Below, in pieces: positions 59,408 through 64,000 of a stretch of 64,000 nt of DNA (within the stretch, counting starts at the first letter, position 1; each line of letters starts with the position of its first letter). The translations under genes were made by a program, and so were the position numbers. Below the pieces are notes generated by a model. The model was not told the origin of the DNA. It made no database searches and saw nothing but the letters and a program-made list of their open reading frames with translations. Source of the DNA: Candidatus Bathyarchaeota archaeon (lineage in GTDB: Archaea; Thermoproteota; Bathyarchaeia; 40CM-2-53-6). The stretch covers positions 256,001 through 320,000 of the forward strand of contig CAVTBR010000001.1 in assembly GCA_963733055.1 (NCBI GenBank), given 5' to 3'.

Positions 59408-59529
59408 TGGCGGGCCCGCGGGGATTCGAACCCCGGACCCCAGGCTTCTCCCGCTTCCTGAAAGCGTTTAGAGGGCCTGTGCTTTAGACGCTCAAACCAG
59501 AAGCACTATCCAGACTGAGCTACGGGCCC
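59408..59529 (-). tRNA. tRNA-Arg(UCU) with two 22-nt BHB-type introns (59484-59505 and 59446-59467), CCA encoded
   Basis: Spliced form GGGCCCG TA GCTC AGTCTGGATA GAGC A CAGGC CCTCTAA GCCTG GGGTC CGGGG TTCGAAT CCCCG CGGGCCC G CCA; A20 and G73 Arg identity elements. Confidence 0.9.
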
Positions 59530-59911
59530 AACCCGAATCCAGACCTGCCAAACTAAAAGCGTTGAGGCCCACGAGGTTCACGGGTTGATAGGCGTGAATT
59601 TCGCGCGTGCCTAACATAGTTTAGGCAAGTTATTTCTGGATGTACTCAGTTGCTGTTTGGAGAAGAGTTTGCGTTTGAAACTATACTTCTGTCCCGCGAA
59701 GCATGTGGACTAATCGCACGTGTGATCTTAACGAGCAAAATGGGGCAAGAACCGCTAAAGTAGCCGATTTCCGCCCCTTTCCGTTATTCAACCTTGAGCA
59801 TCGAAGTATGGGATACAAAATCTGGCTTGCTTTGACACTATCTTGTAACTAACTATCAAGTCAAACTACCTCCATCCCCATTCTACCTTAGAAACGTGTC
59901 AATGAGGATGT

Positions 59912-60505
59912 TTGAAGAAATTGGCTTACATGTGCTATTATCACCCAAACCTACCCGGGAACGCGGTATGTAGTCGCTGCGGGCGAAGAATTTGCGTTTC
60001 ATGCACTAAACCCTACGTCGAATTAGCTCTATGCCCAGGCTGCTACCACTCAGCCATGGTCAATCATCCAGCCCCACCACCGATGGCACCCACCTTGTAT
60101 GCGCAGGGAGGTTTACCTCCGGGAGGAATGGTATACGGTCCTTACCCTCACATGTTCCGTCGATTCTCGTGGGGAGCAGTTCTGCTACTGTTCACTGCAT
60201 CGTCGCTTATTCTCGCGAATGCGGCAGCCTTGCTTTGGCCGGCCTTCTTTGTATTCTGGGCAGGGTTCTTCCCATGGATAGTGCAGCTTGGCAATTTTAG
60301 CTTCATTCTCGGAACGGTCTTGGGCATAGTGCTCATTGGAGCTGTGCTCCTGTACATGCTAGGGTTCAAAGTTCTATCCGCATTCATGATCTTCCCGACA
60401 GCGATAGTGAGCCTGTTCATCGGCGGCGGCTTCCTAATTGGCCTAATACTTGCCGTCGTAACCGGGATCTACATGATAATGAACGAAAAGGGTTGGCACC
60501 CGTAG
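59912..60505 (+). CDS. B-box-type zinc finger plus membrane domain protein
   Basis: CYYHP...CSRCGRRICVSC...CPGC, Pro-rich linker, four TM helices with GGGFLIG. Confidence 0.75.
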   Translation: MKKLAYMCYYHPNLPGNAVCSRCGRRICVSCTKPYVELALCPGCYHSAMVNHPAPPPMAPTLYAQGGLPPGGMVYGPYPHMFRRFSWGAVLLLFTASSLILANAAALLWPAFFVFWAGFFPWIVQLGNFSFILGTVLGIVLIGAVLLYMLGFKVLSAFMIFPTAIVSLFIGGGFLIGLILAVVTGIYMIMNEKGWHP

Positions 60506-60524
60506 ACTGCGCCGCCTTGACTCT

Positions 60525-63419
60525 CTATTCTAAGAATATTGCAGGCCGATAGGGTTCGGCCATCTTCGCTCTTCCCTTCGGATCGTAAAGGGAAGCGTCT
60601 TCTTCACCGTGAACTTCAACGTTAGTCTTCAACTCCGCGCCGAAGAATCGCCTTGCCTCGGTGAATAAGCTTCGTTCCTCAACCTCCCCCACCTCCAATC
60701 TTCTCGCGCGTAGTTCGCTTGGCATCGTTTTGACTTGCTGTACGATTTTCGCCGCGAATTTTGGAAGGTCTTTCGTAGAAGCTACTTTGGCCGAAAGCAT
60801 GTCACGAATCAGCCCATCGAGAGTTTCTGGGTGTGAACTCGCTCGCGCCAGAGCCTCAGAGTACACTCGCCATTTCCATTCCGCAGCAACGTAATAGTGC
60901 ACCGTCTTCGGGCTCAGTTTTGTTGTAGCAATTATTTCCTGAGTATCCTGCAACGTTTGCCTGATCAGAACCTCTAGTTCATCGGAGCGTAGATCCACGT
61001 TGCCCTTCTCAAATTCCGGCCAGCCGGCGACGGCGACGAACCCTTCATGACCCGTCTTCTGCCAAACCTCTTCACTTAGGTGCGGGGCGAAGGGAGCCAA
61101 TAGTTGGATCCATTTCGAGATGAATGCGTCTACGGTCACGGAGTCAGGTATTGCGACCCGACGCTCGTACCATCTCAAATCGTTCCACATATCGTAAAGA
61201 GCGATTGATGTCGCTGTACGCGTTTTCAGCTTCGCAATGGCGTCAGCGATCAAACCTGCCTTCGCGTTGATTCTGCCCATCAACCAATTTTCTAGATGAC
61301 CATTCGCGGCTTGTTCCTTCGGCCTCCGGGCGATGTCTTCAATGAAACGTAGGAAACCTTCAAGCCTGCCCTTTACGTCTCGAACGTTCTCGGCTCGCCA
61401 GTCTGGGTCATCCATCCCCTCTGTGCCAAGGAGGACACCACACCGGACGGCGTCTGCTCCGAATTCCTCGCAAGCTTTCCACAGGGGGACAAAGTTGCCT
61501 TTAGATTTGTGAATGGTCCGCCCTTCCAACAGCATGAACCCGTTGACCCCAATAGCCTTCGGCCAATACCGCGGCTCGAAGAGCGCCACGTGATGGAAGA
61601 TGAAGAAGCTTAGATGATTGCCGACCAAATCTTTCCCTGAGTTGCGCAAGTCTACCGGGTACCAGTAGAGAAATTCGCTCCGAATCTCCTCCATTAGCTT
61701 CCGTTCTATTCCGGCGGTCTTAGCGACTTCATCCGGATTGCCGGTGCCATAGTAAATGAAATCGAAAACTTGGGGCGGCAATTGTGAAGCGTTGACTTTG
61801 CCCGCGTTGACGAACTTGCTTACCATGTAGTATGCCATGTAAATGGTTGAGTCGCTAAGCGTTTCAACGATCCAATCGGGGCTCCATGGGAGTGGAGTGC
61901 CTAGGCCGGTTCTGCGGGCACATGGCCAATCTTGCAGCCAATCGATAATTCCGTTGAACCATGCCCTAGCTTCCTCGGGGTAGAAGGACATTTGAGCAAT
62001 CGCTTGATGCGCGAGCTTCTTCCAGTCAGGGTCTGAATATTTGAGAAACCACTGATCTTGTATTATCTTGGCTACGCATTCGGTTGTGCACCTGCACACC
62101 ACCCGTTGCGGCAGTTCATACATCACATCTGCGATTCGCTTGCGTCTGAAATCTGCCACCAAGCCCTCCTTAACATCTGCAACTCTCTGCTTCGAGTATT
62201 CGCCGCAATTGTCTCTCATTATGCCGCTGTGAAATTCTGCTTTGTAAATTTCCTTCGTAGCTTCTTCAGCCAACGGATCCGTCTGGTTACGAATTCCCAT
62301 CCGATCAACGATCTCCATTGCCGGAAATTCTCCGTATCCCTCCACCGAGATTACTGAAATTGGTTGGATTCGCGCCAACTCAGTTGTAGTGATGGGGTAT
62401 CTCGATACAGTGTCCGGATTCTTTTGCACGTCTCTCAGTGCCAGTAGGTCGAAGGGTGCGTGCGCGGGGACGCTGTAAACCAACCCCGTGGCATGATTGG
62501 TCTTGACAAATTCTCCCGGTAGTATCAGTAGCGGTCGGTTTTGAATTGGATCCGTACACGTTTTCCCGATTAGTTCCGCGCCTTTCAAGCTTCTGATGAT
62601 GTTGACTTGCTTGAACTGATTTTGTAATTTTCCGGCCGCTGCTTGGCTTACGATCCATTTTTCTCCGTTGACATCAGCCTCTACATATTCGCCATCTGGG
62701 TTGATCCATAGATTCGTAACGCCATAGATCGTCTCAGGCCTGAAAGTTGCGCACGGTAGGAGTAGGTTCCCCATTTTGAATTTTACTAGCGTGAACTCCT
62801 CGGGCCGAACGCCTTCCCCTTCTAAACGATCGGCGTCACCGGTTGGGCTCTGATCCTTGGGGCACCAAACTACGGGATGCGTGCCTTTTGTAACGTAACC
62901 TTTCTCGCGCAAGCGCAAATATTGCCATGTGACGAACTTGCTGAACTCCGCGTTTAGAGAGCTCGTATGAAATTCACGCCGCCAATCTACGGAAGTTCCG
63001 AATCGTTTTATGGCGTCTCGGTTCACGTCGGTGTAGTATTGTGCCATATAGACGGGGTCAACGAATTTTCTAATCTCCGCTTCAGGGACCTCGTCGACCT
63101 CTCTGATGGGGCGTATGAATTCCTCGTCCCCGTTCTTGATGCGTTCAGCTGCGCCCGCAACGGTCTTCCCCGTCCAATGCCATGCCCAAGGGAAGAGGAC
63201 ATTGAACCCGCGCATTCGCATGTATCTAGCGTAGACATCGATTCTGGCTGCGGTGAAGCCGTTACCGACGTGTAACGGTCCACTCATGTAGGGGAAGGGA
63301 TAAGTTACGAAACACTTTTCACGTTTCGGGTCTGGATCGGCTTCGAAGATCCTGGCTTTTTCCCATTCCTTTTGCCATTTTCCATCTATCTCAGCCCAAT
63401 CCACTTCCACGATGATCAC
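60525..63419 (-). CDS. leuS: Leucine--tRNA ligase (archaeal type)
   Basis: PFPYMSGPLHVGN, ATFRPET CP1 editing domain, GKDL..NHL, KAEPYRPAI-like C-terminus. Confidence 0.97.
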   Translation of the reverse strand: MIIVEVDWAEIDGKWQKEWEKARIFEADPDPKREKCFVTYPFPYMSGPLHVGNGFTAARIDVYARYMRMRGFNVLFPWAWHWTGKTVAGAAERIKNGDEEFIRPIREVDEVPEAEIRKFVDPVYMAQYYTDVNRDAIKRFGTSVDWRREFHTSSLNAEFSKFVTWQYLRLREKGYVTKGTHPVVWCPKDQSPTGDADRLEGEGVRPEEFTLVKFKMGNLLLPCATFRPETIYGVTNLWINPDGEYVEADVNGEKWIVSQAAAGKLQNQFKQVNIIRSLKGAELIGKTCTDPIQNRPLLILPGEFVKTNHATGLVYSVPAHAPFDLLALRDVQKNPDTVSRYPITTTELARIQPISVISVEGYGEFPAMEIVDRMGIRNQTDPLAEEATKEIYKAEFHSGIMRDNCGEYSKQRVADVKEGLVADFRRKRIADVMYELPQRVVCRCTTECVAKIIQDQWFLKYSDPDWKKLAHQAIAQMSFYPEEARAWFNGIIDWLQDWPCARRTGLGTPLPWSPDWIVETLSDSTIYMAYYMVSKFVNAGKVNASQLPPQVFDFIYYGTGNPDEVAKTAGIERKLMEEIRSEFLYWYPVDLRNSGKDLVGNHLSFFIFHHVALFEPRYWPKAIGVNGFMLLEGRTIHKSKGNFVPLWKACEEFGADAVRCGVLLGTEGMDDPDWRAENVRDVKGRLEGFLRFIEDIARRPKEQAANGHLENWLMGRINAKAGLIADAIAKLKTRTATSIALYDMWNDLRWYERRVAIPDSVTVDAFISKWIQLLAPFAPHLSEEVWQKTGHEGFVAVAGWPEFEKGNVDLRSDELEVLIRQTLQDTQEIIATTKLSPKTVHYYVAAEWKWRVYSEALARASSHPETLDGLIRDMLSAKVASTKDLPKFAAKIVQQVKTMPSELRARRLEVGEVEERSLFTEARRFFGAELKTNVEVHGEEDASLYDPKGRAKMAEPYRPAIFLE

Positions 63420-64000
63420 TTCTTCAGCATTTCACTGACGGCCTTCTCGGAGTCTTTGAGGATAGAGTCTACCGCGCCTAGTTTTGTGCCGCCGCCTTGA
63501 CCGAAGTTGTCTTTACCGCCTCCACCTCCGCCTACTAGGCCGGCCAGCTTCGCAGCTAACTTCCCCGCGTGTACGCCATGCGCAATGGCGCCCTTTCCCG
63601 CACCGACCAGGACTCTCACTGAGTCTTTCGATAAGACTAGTATGACGACGGAGCTTGGATCCTTTTGGATGATTTCGTTGTTGAGTATAACTAGGTCGTT
63701 TTCTTCACCCGTCTCGTATTTCGTCGCAACTAGCTTGACCGGCCCAACCGTTCTTGCGGAAGCGGTGAGGCTTTGAGCCTCTTGCTTAGCCCAGACTTCC
63801 GCCAATCCTTCCAACCTTTTTTCTAATCGTGACTTTTCATCGACGAGTGTCTGCACGTACTTGTCGAGTTTTTCGATTGGTGCTTCGATTATCGTTGATA
63901 TTTCATTCAGTTTTCTTTCTTGTTCTTCAATGGCGCGTAGGGCTTGGGTTCCGGCAGCGAATATTATCCGCTCAACGCCGTCCTGAATGCGCTCCGTGCG
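63416..64000 (-). CDS. alaS: Alanine--tRNA ligase, C-terminal part (truncated by window)
   Basis: ERIQDGVERIIFAAG and DHHA1 domain GGGGGGKDNFGQGGG. Confidence 0.92.
   Translation of the reverse strand, partial: RTERIQDGVERIIFAAGTQALRAIEEQERKLNEISTIIEAPIEKLDKYVQTLVDEKSRLEKRLEGLAEVWAKQEAQSLTASARTVGPVKLVATKYETGEENDLVILNNEIIQKDPSSVVILVLSKDSVRVLVGAGKGAIAHGVHAGKLAAKLAGLVGGGGGGKDNFGQGGGTKLGAVDSILKDSEKAVSEMLKK

Noticed and set aside
59446-59480. Reading the anticodon as CUA (amber suppressor/pyrrolysine tRNA)
   Set aside because: That register breaks the anticodon stem; CAGGC/GCCTG gives a 7-nt loop with UCU, and A20/G73 are Arg identity elements

Overview
Archaeal chromosomal segment, most likely TACK/Bathyarchaeia-like (inferred from Alba, TrmB, archaeal-type LeuRS, a BHB-intron tRNA, TATA promoters and GGAGGTG SD motifs). 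Positions 1-38.6 kb are housekeeping and accessory metabolic genes: regulators, VOC proteins, ProDH, a cupredoxin, NiCoT, an ABC binding protein, AlaX, Alba, TRAM, a DEAD-box helicase, ThiL, 2-oxoacid:ferredoxin oxidoreductase, an FrhB-like protein, M32 peptidase and Tag. From about 38.65 to 59.4 kb there is a roughly 21-kb island abutting the 3' end of a two-intron tRNA-Arg(UCU). It carries an orphan terminase large subunit, six HEPN-type proteins, three PD-(D/E)xK-type nucleases, an OGG-type glycosylase and a tRNA-like remnant. At its right end is the best candidate for an undescribed system: five tandem tiny helix+HTH genes, a wHTH-HEPN (TIGR02391-like) gene, a SIR2-TPR gene and an NTPase-TPR gene. 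The window ends with leuS and the 3' part of alaS. Several genes carry single frameshifts, probably long-read indels. All family calls come from motif recognition by eye; no database searches were run.
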